A stretch of DNA of 64,000 nt from Nitrosopumilaceae archaeon (GTDB taxonomy: Archaea; Thermoproteota; Nitrososphaeria; Nitrososphaerales; Nitrosopumilaceae). The notes below the pieces were generated by a model. The model was given only the letters and a program-made list of their open reading frames with translations. It was not told the DNA's origin and made no database searches. Numbering within the stretch: the stretch's first letter is position 1; each line of letters opens with the position of its first letter. The DNA lies in the NCBI GenBank assembly GCA_965209085.1, contig OZ242376.1, positions 576,001 through 640,000 on the forward strand. Direction: 5' to 3'. Made by a program: the position numbers and the translations under genes. Shown here piece after piece: positions 8,452 through 22,000 of the stretch.

Positions 8452-9913
8452 GTACGTGGCTAGCCCACACGCACAAATCAATTTGATCCCACTGATCTAA
8501 ATTTACCATAACGAAACGTAATGGATCATATGCCTAACAAAACCGAGATTTCCCAGCTAAGAGCAGTAGCCTGATGGATAAAATGAGATCGCAAAAAAGA
8601 CGAACTGATTCAAAAACTATTTGCCAAAAACGATTTTCTAGAATTACAGATTGCAGAGTTTGCCATATACAAAAAGACCATGGAATCTAGGCTCCGACGG
8701 TATGAAAGCCCTGGTGCATCCCACATCCTCAAACTCGGCAACATGGGAAAAAATAAAATCTGAAAAAAACCAAAACAAAAAACGCAGCAAGAATCACGCA
8801 ACCCGGACACAAAAAGGTAAAAGCAAGATAGGACACAAGGGGGTATCTTCGACCCGAAAATCTGACAAAACTGTCATCGTTTAAACAAAAACTGCACCAA
8901 TTGCGGCAGCATCGACATTGCCCAAATCTGATATACGTACAAGTCCGTAACGGATATTCCAAAAACAGTTGCAGAAACCATAACATACAAATCTAAAAAT
9001 TATTCATGCAAAAACTGCCATCATAAATTTAAAACCAAACGATCCTAGAGTGCTCAGAACAGAGCTTGGGCCAAACCTGATTGCATTTATACACAACCTG
9101 TATGTCAAACGCAGGGCATTCAGAAACATTAGAGACCATCAATAACACTTTCATCCTCTCATTATGCCACAAAACAGTCAAAAACGCTATTGAAATCGCG
9201 GCAAATACGGTAAAACCAAAAACAAAAGAGATTCTAAAAGAGATAAGAGCATCTCTTATCATTCATGCCTATGAGACACACATGCACATCGGACACAAAA
9301 CAGGTTGGGTGTGGGTTGTGGTTGCGACAATGACAGCATACTATCAGATAGCATGGAGCCGCAGCACAGCAGTAATGGCAGAATAATTTCTGATTTGAAT
9401 CACACAATAATCTGAGACGGATACGGTGTACAAACAATACGATGCAATGCAGCGCTGCCGTATACACATTCTGGTTGCGACAAAATACGAGACATTGTAT
9501 AAAGATCCGACGATGTGTGCATCGCATACGAGGTTGCAATGGATATATTTGGATGCAAAAGCTAGGAAAAAAACAAAACCGGAAGAATGTGATCTGGTAC
9601 AGGATGTTCTGGCAATCGCATAATCCTACAAAAATGCCGGAAAACAGTTTGGAGTAAAACTTGCCAATGCTGCACCCAATTTGTTTACGTTCTTGTAGCA
9701 TCTTGGAATGGTACCGACAAACAATGCAGCCGAGCGTGCAATACGTCCTGTCACACTATATCGCAAAGAAAAGGGAGGACTGAAAAACGCAAAAGGCATG
9801 AGAAGGCTTGGTGTCATTCTGACCTTTTATGAGACCGTGCGTATGAGAGGTATCAAGCCGCACACAGAATTGGCTAAAATCTTCTGAGAGGGGTTTGAGG
9901 GCTAGCCATTTAC
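8452..9913 (+). mobile_element. Decayed IS66-family element (single-ORF ISBst12-like, 1462 bp)
   Basis: IRL GTACGTGGCTAGCCC (8452-8466) vs reverse complement of IRR GTAAATGGCTAGCCC (9899-9913), 13/15 match. Fragmented TnpC: PTSS, GHKG, CTNC..CKNC zinc ribbon, GWVWV, QRCRIHIL, PTNNAAERAIRP; many stops and frameshifts; final TGA 9885-9887; no 8-bp target duplication. Confidence 0.88.
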
Positions 9914-9932
9914 GAAGAGGTGCTTAGTATCG

Positions 9933-9940
9933 TTTAATAG
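9933..9940 (+). promoter_or_regulatory. Putative TATA box of the giant gene
   Basis: TTTAATAG 23-30 bp upstream of ATG 9963, about 20 bp downstream of the IS66 right end. Confidence 0.45.
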
Positions 9941-9962
9941 CTGACCTCATACATTAATCATA

Positions 9963-10088
9963 ATGTATGTGAATCTTGTGCTTGTGTTTGTGCTGCTCTC
10001 CCCGTTGCCGTTTGCATCCCCGTTTGCATTAAATGATTCTATACAATATGATGATATTTTCACATATAATGTTCCGCTAGCTTATGCT
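9963..10088 (+). other. Putative signal peptide of giant protein
   Basis: MYVNLVLVFVLLSPLPFASPFALNDSIQYDDIFTYNVPLAYA|ADP: hydrophobic core plus an A-Y-A signal peptidase I-like site at residues 40-42. Confidence 0.6.
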
Positions 10089-13000
10089 GCCGATCCGCTG
10101 ACGGCTACGAGTGTTGCATACTTGTTCATAAACACCAACAATACTTTTGGTGATAACGGCGACATTGCTCCTGACAAATTCGCAAAAGCAGGTGATGAAT
10201 TGTCTGTGCTTATCCAAGTAAACGAGACAATTACTGACACTACAGCAACGATTCTAAATACTGTGTCTACCACTTTCGGTAATACTGGTACGGGTAACGT
10301 CTATAATCCAAAATTAATAGTTTCAAATAATCCCATTGAATCCCACGCCACTTTTACCATTATAATTACAGGCAGCAACGGAACAGTATGGACTATTACT
10401 GAAGCTAATCTAAGCAAGGTTGGTGCTATGCCTGGTGATGCTAGTTATAGTGCCACCAACGTATTTGTCGATACAATACCTCCAACCATAACTTTAATCG
10501 GATCTGCAGACTACGTCATAGTACATAATGATGATACAGATTCTGTTCCAGACGCAACTGCAAATGACGGGAGTCCAAACTATATGGCCAGCAATTACAC
10601 CCTTGTAAAAAACGCCACAGTTGATGTTACAGCACTAGGTTCTGTTTATAATTACACGTACACAGCAGATGATGATGGTGCAGGAAATCCAGGAGCTAGC
10701 ACAACCCGAATCGTCCGGATAGTGGGTGCGGATCCAATATCTGTTAACTCGCTGAGTATTGCAAGCAATTCTGGAAATAATTATGCAAATGCGGGCAAAA
10801 CCGTAACCGTCACTCTTGTAACTGATGGTACAAATCTTAACAGCCTTACTGGAGTCTTGCTTGGAAGATCATTTACAAATATTACAACCGGAGGCTCTGT
10901 CACGTTTACCGGTACAGTCCAGTCCGGCGATGATGGAGATGCCACGTTTTCAATTACTGCTACAAACTCTAGTGGCAACAAAATCACATTAACAAATAGT
11001 GATATCACAGATAGCTCATCTATCATAATAGATACGATAAAACCCGTAATTGCCCTGACTGGAGGCTCTAGTTCTGTATTTCAGGGGGAAACATATCAGG
11101 ATCCGGGAACAACTGTATCAGATGATGGCAATACATCATATGCCGGTTCTGTATCTGCCTCATCAATTGACACCTCTACACTTGGCGCAAAAACCATTAC
11201 CTATACTGGCACTGCGGATGCGGCAGGTAACGAGCCGGATCAACAAACTAGAACAGTTACAGTATTGGAAAAACCTCTGGGTCTGAATTCGCTGGGTCTG
11301 AATTCGCTGGGTCTGAATTCGCTGGGTCTAAATTCGCTGACAATTGAATCAAACAACAATGTAAACACCTCTTTTGCCAAAGACGGAGATGTGATTACAG
11401 TAACGCTTGTTGCAAACGGCACGATTGGTAATGTTACAGGAATAATTGCAGGCAATTCTGTCACATATGCTGTCACCAATAATACTGTATTGGCCACGGT
11501 AACAGTTGATGGAACCTTTGCCGATACTGCCAGCGTCTCTTTTTCGATTACCGTATACAACGAGGATAATTCCACATTTAGAACATTTACAAATACAGAC
11601 CTGACTGGATCAAATATTGCTATAGATACAACTCCACCTAGTATAACATTAAACGGTGCAAACACCATTGCTATCATGAATCAACCTTATGAGGATCCAA
11701 ACGCCACAGCATCTGATGCATCATATGCAACAGGTAGCGTACAAGTATCCGGAGCCGGCAATGTAGATATTACAACAAATGCCATCTATACTCTCACTTA
11801 TACTGCACCTGATGATCCTGCCGGCAATATTGGATCTGTCATAACACGGACTGTTACAGTACAGGATGCGGCGCCAATAAATGTTAACTCGCTGAGTATT
11901 GCAAGTAATTCTGGAAATAATTATGCAAATGCGGGCAAAACTGTAACCGTCACTCTTGTAACGGATGATTCCGATTTGGGCAATATTACTGGAATCTTGC
12001 TTGGAAGAGCGTTGGTAAATGATACAAACGGTGGTTCTGCTGAATTTACTGCCACTGTCGTATCCGGCGATGATGGAGATGCCGCGTTTTCAATTACCGT
12101 GACAAAATCTAGCGGCAACCAAATTTCAATAACAAATGCTGACATCACAGACGGCTCTTTTGTCACAATAGATACGATAAAACCTGTAATTGCCCTGACT
12201 AGAGGCTCTAGTTCTGTATTTCAGGGGGAAACATATCAGGATCCGGGAACAACTGTATCAGATAGTAACAATGCATCATATGCCGGTTCTGTATCTGCCT
12301 CATCAATTGACACCTCTACACTTGGTGCAAAAACCATTACCTATACTGGCACTGCGGATGCGGCAGGTAACGAGCCGGATCAACAAACTAGAACAGTTAC
12401 AGTATTGGAAAAACCTCTGGGTCTGAATTCGCTGGGTCTAAATTCGCTGACAATTGAATCAAACAACAATGTAAACACCTCTTTTGCCAAAGACGTAGAT
12501 GTGATTACAGTAACGCTTGTTGCAAACGGCACGATTGGTAATGTTACAGGAATAATTGCAGGCAATTCTGTCACATATGCTGTCACCAATAATACTGTAT
12601 TGGCCACGGTAACAGTTGATGGAACCTTTGCCGATACTGCCAGCGTCTCTTTTTCGATTACCGTATACAACGAGGATAATTCCACATTTAGAACATTTAC
12701 AAATACAGACCTGACTGGATCAAATATTGCCATAGATACAACTCCACCTAGTATAACATTAAACGGTGCAAACACCATTGCTATCATGAATCAACCTTAT
12801 GAGGATCCAAACGCCACAGCATCTGATGCATCATATGCAACAGGTAGCGTACAAGTATCCGGAGCCGGCAATGTAGATATTACAACAAATGCCATCTATA
12901 CTCTCACTTATACTGCACCTGATGATCCTGCCGGCAATATTGGACCTGTCATAACACGGACTGTTACAGTACAGGATACACCGCCAATAAATGTTAACTC

Positions 13001-16000
13001 GCTGAGTATTGCAAGTAATTCTGGAAATAATTATGCAAATGCGGGCAAAACTGTAACCGTCACTCTTGTAACGGATGATTCCGATTTGGGCAATATTACT
13101 GGAATCTTGCTTGGAAGAGCGTTGGTAAATGATACAAACGGTGGTTCTGCTGAATTTACTGCCACTGTCGTATCCGGCGATGATGGAGATGCCGCGTTTT
13201 CAATTACCGTGACAAAATCTAGCGGCAACCAAATTTCAATAACAAATGCTGACATCACAGACGGCTCTTTTGTCACAATAGATACGATAAAACCTGTAAT
13301 TGCCCTGACTAGAGGCTTTAGTTCTGTATTTCAGGGGGAAACATATCAGGATCCGGGCACAACTGTATCCGATGATGGCAATGCATCATATGCCGGTCCT
13401 GTATCTGCCTCATCAATTGACACCTCTACACTTGGTGCAAAAACCATTACCTATACTGGCACTGCGGATGCGGCAGGTAACGAGCCGGATCAACAAACTA
13501 GAACTGTCACAGTACTGGCAAAATCGCTGTCCCGTACTGTGAATGTCCTTGATGTGCCGCCATTAGATCTTGAATTTCAATTTATATCTCCATCTGGAAA
13601 ATTAACCAGAGGCGTTGATTTTAGCGGCGATTATACCTTTAACTCTATAGACCCGTTTAAAATAAATGACAAAACATATGCTCTTGTAACCAACGGATTT
13701 AATACAAACAATGATTTCTTTATTCTAGATATAACAAATCCTGCATTACCTAGTGTTATATCTGAACAAAATATTGCCGGCTTTATTACACAGGATTCGG
13801 CCATCCTTACAGTAGACGGTCTGCCGTATGGTATCATGTCAACTTTTACTAGCCGCGTTAATATTTACAATCTCAGCAATCCTGCATCACCATCCGTACT
13901 CAATTCTATAGACGATGGATCTTTATATCCGACAGTAAATTCTCCATCTGGCGTTACCACTATAAAAATAGGATCCACACCGTATATCCTGATATCCTCC
14001 CAAGATAATGATAAAGGCGTCCAAATCGTAAACGCTACATTCCCCGACAGTCTAAAACATGTATCAAATATAGTAGATGGTACAACATACCCTGTACTAG
14101 ATGGCGCACAAGGCATTACCACCGTAACAATTGGATCCTCACAGTATGCCCTAGTGGCAGCCAGTGTTGATAATGGTGTACAAATCATAAACATTACAGA
14201 CCCATACAACCCCTCCCCTGCATCTTCGGTTACAGATGGTACATTATATCCGGAACTAGATGGTGCATGGGATGTCACTACGATAGCAATAGATGGCTCA
14301 ACGTATGCCCTAGTGGCAGCCAAAACTGATAATGGCGTCCAAATTATAAACATTACAGACCCATACAACCCCTCCCCTGTATATTCAGTTACTGACGGAA
14401 TAGGCGGATATGACACACTAAATGCCCCATTATCTATAGTCGCAAAACAAATAGGATTATCCACGTATGCCTTTGTGGCATCAAATGGTGATAATGGCAT
14501 CCAAGTTATAGACATTACAGACCCACAAAACCCGTTACCGGCATACAATATTGCAGATGATCCTAGTGGATATACAAATCTGAATGGTACATCTGATATT
14601 GCTCTTGCACGCATAAATGATTTAACATATGTCCTTGTGACATCATTCTATGATGGTCTGCAAATCATAAGTGTGAGATCCTCTGCTGTAATCTCAACTA
14701 CCAGTAATCCTGACCAATCATATGCCAAAGCAGGTGATACACTTACCGTACAATTTACCGTAAATGACACAATCTCATCTAATTCAAGCCAAATACTGGG
14801 ATTAACCCCCACCGTATCCATAAGCGGTGCCGATTTTAGTGCAGCAATAACTGTACCCTCTGTACAAACAGAATCGTATGCAACCTTTGCAATACAGGTT
14901 GTAAACGCTGATGGTGCAACCCTGTCTGTAACAGAGAGTGCCATACCGCAGAACAGTCGCATATTCATCGATACAATCGCACCTGAAATATCCCTCATCG
15001 GCAACTCATCTTTTACGGTAATTTTGAATTCAATTGATCCGTTCATCCCTGGTGCAATCATAACTGATGGGGACCCAAACTATCCGGATACCTTTACTAT
15101 CACAATCAACGGCACTTTGGACACTGGCGTGATAAACTCTACAGTAACGTATACGTATACTGCAGCTACTGATGGGGCAGGAAATGCCGGTTCTAGTGTA
15201 ACACGAACAGTTACAGTGGTTGAGGCTGAACCAATTACAATCAACTCGCTGACTATTGCAAGCTCATCAGGCACCAATTATGCAAATGCAGGCAAAACCA
15301 TAACTGTCACACTTGCCACTGATGGTTCGGATCTTGGCAACTTTACTGGAACACTGCTTGGCAGATCATTTACAAATACTACAAACGGCGGCTCTGCTAC
15401 GTTTACCAGTACAGTCCAGTCCGGCGATGATGGAAATGCCGCGTTTTCAATTACCGTGACAAACTCTAGTGGCAACCAAATTTCAATAACAAATGCAAAC
15501 ATCACAGACAGCTCATCTGTCACAATAGATACGATAAAACCCGTAATTGTTTTGACTGGCGGTGTAGGTTCTGTATTCCAGGGTGAGACATATCAGGATC
15601 CGGGCACAACTGTATCAGATGGTAACAATACATATGCCGGTTCTGTATCTGCCTCATCAATTAACACCTCTACACTTGGTGTAAAAATCATTACCTATAC
15701 TGGCACAGCAGATGCGGCAGGTAACGAGCCGGATCAAATAACTAGAATAGTTACAGTATTTGCAAAACCTCTGGGTATAAATTCGCTGGCAATTGAATCA
15801 AACAACAATGTAAACACCTCTTTTGCCAAAGACGGGGATGTGATTACAGTAACGCTTGTTGCAAACGGCACGATTGATTATGCAATAGGAACAATTGCCA
15901 GCAATTCTGCTACATACACTGTCACCGGCAATAATGCATCAGCTACGGTAACAGTTGATGGAACCTTTACCGATACTGCCAGCGTCACATTTTCGATTAC

Positions 16001-19000
16001 CGTATACAACGAGGATAATTCCACATTTAGAACATTTACAAATACAGACCTGACTGGATCAAATATTGCCATAGATACAACTGCACCTAGTATAACATTA
16101 AACGGTGTAAACAACACCATTGTTAACATGAATCAACCATATGAGGATCCAAACGCCACAGCATCTGATGCATCATATGCAACAGGTAGCGTACAGGTAT
16201 CCGGAGCTGGCAATGTAGATACTACAACAAATGCCATCTATACTCTCACTTATACTGCACCTGATGATCCTGCAGGTAATATTGGACCGGTCATAACACG
16301 GACTGTTACAGTACAGGATGCACCGCCAATAAATGTTAACTCGCTGAGTATTGCAAGCAATTCTGGAAATAATTATGCAAATGCGGGCAAAACTGTAACC
16401 GTCACTCTTGTAACGGATGGTACAAATCTTAACAGCCTTACTGGAGTCTTGCTTGGCAGATCATTTACAAATACTACAACCGGGGGCTCTGCTACGTTTA
16501 CCGGTACAGTCCAGTCCGGCGATGATGGAAATGCCACGTTTTCAATTACTGCTACAAACTCTAGTGGCAACAAAATCACATTAACAAATAGTGATATCAC
16601 AGATAGCTCATCTATCATAATAGATACGATAAAACCCGTAATTAACCTGACTGGAGGCAATGATTTTGTACTCCAGGGTGAGACATATCAGGATCCGGGC
16701 ACAACTGTATCAGATGATGGCAATGCATCATATGCCGGTCCAGTATCTGCCTCATCAATTGACACCTCTACACTTGGCGCAAAAACCATTACCTATACTG
16801 GCACAGCGGATGCGGCAGGTAACGAGCCGAATCAAATAACTAGAATAGTTACAGTATTGGCAAAACCTCTGGGTATAAATTCGCTGACAATTGAATCAAA
16901 TAACAATGTAAACACCTCTTTTGCCAAAGACGGGGATGTGATTACAGTAACGCTTGCTGTAAACGGCACGATTGGTAATGTTACAGGAGTAATTGCAGGC
17001 AATTCTGCTACATACACTGTCACCGGCAATAATGCATCAGCTACGGTAACAGTTGATGGAGCCTTTACTGATACTGCCAGCGTCACATTTTCGATTACCG
17101 TATACAACGAGGATAATTCCACATTTAGAACATTTACAAATACAGACCTGACTGGATCAAATATTGCCATAGATACAACTGCACCTAGTATAACATTAAA
17201 CGGTGCAAACAACACCATTGTTATCATGAATCAACCATATGAGGATCCAAACGCCACAGCATCTGATACATCATATGCAACAGGTAGCGTACAGGTATCC
17301 GGAGCTGGCAATGTAAATACCGCAATAGTTGGCAATTATACCCTCACCTATACTGCACCTGATGATTATGCAGGCAATACAGGACCTGTCATAACACGGA
17401 CTGTTACAGTACAGGATGCACCGCCAATAAATGTTAACTCGCTGAGTATTGCAAGCAATTCTGGAAATAATTATGCAAATGCGGGCAAAACCGTAACCGT
17501 CACTCTTGTAACGGATGGTACAAATCTTAACAGCCTTACTGGAGTCTTGCTTGACAGATCATTTACAAATACTACAACCGGGGGCTCTGCTACGTTTGCC
17601 GGTACAGTCCAGTCCGGCGATGATGGAAATGCCACGTTTTCAATTACCGTGACAAACTCTAGTGGCAGCCAAATTTCAATAACAAATGCAAACATCACAG
17701 ACGGCTCATATGTCACAATAGATACGATAAAACCCGTAATTGCCCTGACTGGAGGCAATGATTCTGTACTCCAGGGTGAGACATATCAGGATCCGGGCAC
17801 AACTGTATCAGATATTAACAATGCATCATATGCAGGTCCCGTATCTGCCACATCAATAAACACCTCTACACTTGGCGCAAAAACCATTACCTATACTGGC
17901 ACAGCAGATGCGGCAGGTAACGAACCGAATCAAATAACTAGAACAGTTACAGTATTGGCAAAACCGCTGGGTCTGAATTCGCTGACAATTGAATCAAACA
18001 ACAATGTAAACACCTCTTTTGCCAAAGACGGGGATGTGATTACAGTAACGCTTGTTGCAAACGGCACGATTGGTAATGCTACAGGGGTAATTGCAGGCAA
18101 TTCTGCTACATACACTGTCACCGGCAATAATGCATCAGATACGGTAACAGTTGATGGAACCTTTGCCGATACTGCCAGCGTCACATTTTCGATTACCGCA
18201 TTCAACGAGGATAATTCCACATTTAGAACATTTACAAATACAAATCTGACCGGATCAAATATTGCCATAGATACAACTGCACCTAGTATAACATTAAACG
18301 GTGCAAACAACACCATTGTTATCATGAATCAACCATATGAGGATCCAAACGCCACAGCATCTGATACATCATATGCAACAGGTAGCGTACAGGTATCCGG
18401 AGCCGGCAATGTAAATACTGCACTAGTTGGCAATTATACCCTCACCTATACTGCACCTGATGATTATGCAGGCAATACAGGACCTGTCATAACACGGACT
18501 GTTACAGTACAGGATGCACCGCCAATAAATGTTAACTCGCTGAGTATTGCAAGCAATTCTGGAAATAATTATGCAAATGCGGGCAAAACCGTAACTGTCA
18601 CTCTTGTAACGGATGGCACAAATCTTAACAGCCTTACTGGAGTCTTGCTTGACAGATCATTTACAAATACTACAACCGGAGGCTCTGCTACGTTTGCCGG
18701 TACAGTCCAGTCCGGCGATGATGGAAATGCCACGTTTTCAATTACCGTGACAAACTCTAGTGGCAGCCAAATTTCAATAACAAATGCAAACATCACAGAC
18801 GGCTCATATGTCACAATAGATACGATAAAACCCGTAATTGCCCTGACTGGAGGCAATGATTCTGTACTCCAGGGTGAGACATATCAGGATCCGGGCACAA
18901 CTGTATCAGATATTAACAATGCATCATATGCAGGTCCCGTATCTGCCACATCAATAAACACCACGATACTTGGCCCACAAAACATTACCTATACTGGCAC

Positions 19001-22000
19001 AGCAGATGCGGCAGGTAACGAGCCGAATCAAATAACTAGAATAGTTACAGTATTTGCAAAACCTCTGGGCATAAATTCGCTGACAATTGAATCAAACAAC
19101 AATGTAAACACCTCTTTTACCAAAGACGGGGATGTGATTACAGTAACGCTTGTTGCAAACGGCACGATTGGTAATGCTACAGGAGTAATTGCAGGAGTAA
19201 TTGCAAGCAATTCTGTTACATATGCTGTCACCAATAATACTGTATTGGCCACGGTAACAGTTGATGGAACCTTTGCCGATACTGCCAGCGTCACATTTTC
19301 GATTACCGTATACAACGAGGATAATTCCACATTTAGAACATTTACAAATGCAAATCTGACTGGATCAAATATTGCCATAGATACAACTGCACCTAGCATA
19401 ACATTAAACGGTGCAAACAACACCTTCGTTGTAACAAATTCCTCCTATACGGATCTAGGTGCCACGGCAACTGATATATCATATGCAACAGGTAGCGTAC
19501 AAGTATCCGGAGTCGGCACTGTAAATATTGCAACATCTGGCAACTATATTCTCACTTATACTGCACCTGATGATCCTGCAGGAAATCCAGGTAACACCAT
19601 ATCCCGTACTGTGATTGTTTCGGATGCGGCGCCGTTGGTGCTTGTAACTAAATTTATCCACTCTCCGAGTGGAACACTAACCCGTGGTACTGATTTTCCA
19701 ACCAATATACCTCCTACTACCATCAATCTGTTTGAAACAAGTGGTAAAACATATGCCTTGTTAGCGGAAGGATCTGGCGGAGCATGGATTATTGCAGACG
19801 TTACAAATCCTGCATCACCTAGTGTAGTATTTAATAATGCCAGTTTCACACCTACATACAAAACATCCATCTTTACAATAGATAATACCCAATATGCCAT
19901 AGCTGCAGGCGGTATCGGCATTACTAGTATACTCGACATCAGCTCACCTGCATCCCCATCTGTTATTACAACACTTGTAAACGGCACAGACTATCCGCGA
20001 CTATACAATGCACAAAGCGTTACAACCGTAACAATAGGTGCCTCAACTTTTGCACTGTTTGCATCTGGCAATCCTACAAACGGCGTCCAAATCATAGACG
20101 TTACAAACCCCCACAGCCCATCACATGTATCCTACCTTACCGATGATACGGATGGTTATTTGGAACTAGGAGGCGCATTTGACATTACCACTGTAATAAT
20201 CGGTGCATCAGTTTATGCCTTGGTGGCATCCAATAATGATGATGGCGTCCAAATCATAGACATTACAGACCCATACAACCCATCAAATACATCAAGTGTA
20301 ACAGATGGAATGGATGGCTATGATAAACTAGATGGTGCATATGGCATCACCACCGTAACTGTAGGATCATCAGTTTATGCCTTGGTGGCATCCTTTAATG
20401 ATGATAGCATCCAAATCATAAACATTACAGACCCATACAACCCATCAAATGCATCAAGCGTAACAGATGGAATAGATGGCTATGATGAACTAGATGGTCC
20501 ATATAGGATCACCACCGTAACTGTAGGATCATCAGTTTATGCTTTGACAGTATCCATTATTGATGATGGCGTCCAAATCATAGACATTACAGACCCATAC
20601 AACCCCCAACCTGCATATTCTCCCACGGATAATACTGGCGGTTATGTAAATCTGGATAACCCAAGAGATGTCATTACTACAACCATAAATGGCACAACAT
20701 ATGCATTTATAGCCTCAAATAATGACGGTCTCCAAATCATAAAACTGGAATCTGCACCACTGACTATATCTAGTAGCAATACAAATCCAACATATGCCAA
20801 AACAGGTGATACACTCACCGTACAATTTACCGTAAATGACACAATCTCATCTAATTCAAGCCAAATACTGGGATTAACCCCCACCGTATCCATAAGCGGT
20901 GCCGATTTTAGTGCAGCAATAACTGTACCCTCTGTACAAACAGAATCGTATGCAACCTTTGCAATACAGGTTTCAAACACTAATGGTGCAACCCTGTCTG
21001 TAACAGAGAGTGGCATATCGCAGAGTAGCAATATATTCATCGATACAATCGCACCTGAAATATCCCTCATCGGCAACTCATCTTTTACGGTAATTTTGAA
21101 TTCAACTGATCCGTTCATCCCTGGTGCAATCATAACTGATGGGGACCCAAACTATCCGGATACCTTTACTATCACAATCAACGGCACTTTGGACACTGGC
21201 GTGATAAACTCTACAGTAACGTATACGTATACTGCAGCTACTGATGGGGCAGGAAATGCCGGTTCTAGTGTAACACGAACAGTTACAGTGGTTGAGGCTG
21301 AACCAATTACAATCAACTCGCTGACTATTGCAAGCTCATCAGGCACCAATTATGCAAATGCAGGCAAAACCATAACTGTCACACTTGCCACTGATGGTTC
21401 GGATCTTGGCAACTTTACTGGAACACTGCTTGGTAGATCATTTACAAATACTACAAACGGCGGCTCTGCTGAATTTACTGCCACTGTCGTATCCGGCGAT
21501 GATGGAGATGCCGCGTTTTCAATTACCGTGACAAACTCTAGTGGCAACCAAATTTCAATAACAAATGCAAACATCACAGACAGCTCATCTGTCACAATAG
21601 ATACGATAAAACCCGTAATTGTTTTGACTGGCGGTGTAGGTTCTGTATTCCAGGGTGAGACATATCAGGATCCGGGCACAACTGTATCAGATGGTAACAA
21701 TACATCATATGCCGGTTCTGTATCTGCCTCATCAATTAACACCTCTACACTTGGTGTAAAAATCATTACCTATACTGGCACAGCAGATGCGGCAGGTAAC
21801 GAGCCGGATCAAATAACTAGAATAGTTACAGTATTGGCAAAACCTCTGGGTATAAATTCGCTGACAATTGAATCAAACAACAATGTAAACACCTCTTTTG
21901 CCAAAGACGGGGATGTGATTACAGTAACGCTTGTTGCAAACGGCACGATTAGTAATGTTACAGGGGTAATTGCAGGCAATTCTGCTACATACACTGTCAC

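Noticed and set aside
8610-9817. Several small ORFs on both strands as independent genes
   Set aside because: The + strand ORFs are frameshifted pieces of the IS66 transposase; the minus-strand ORFs are shadows.
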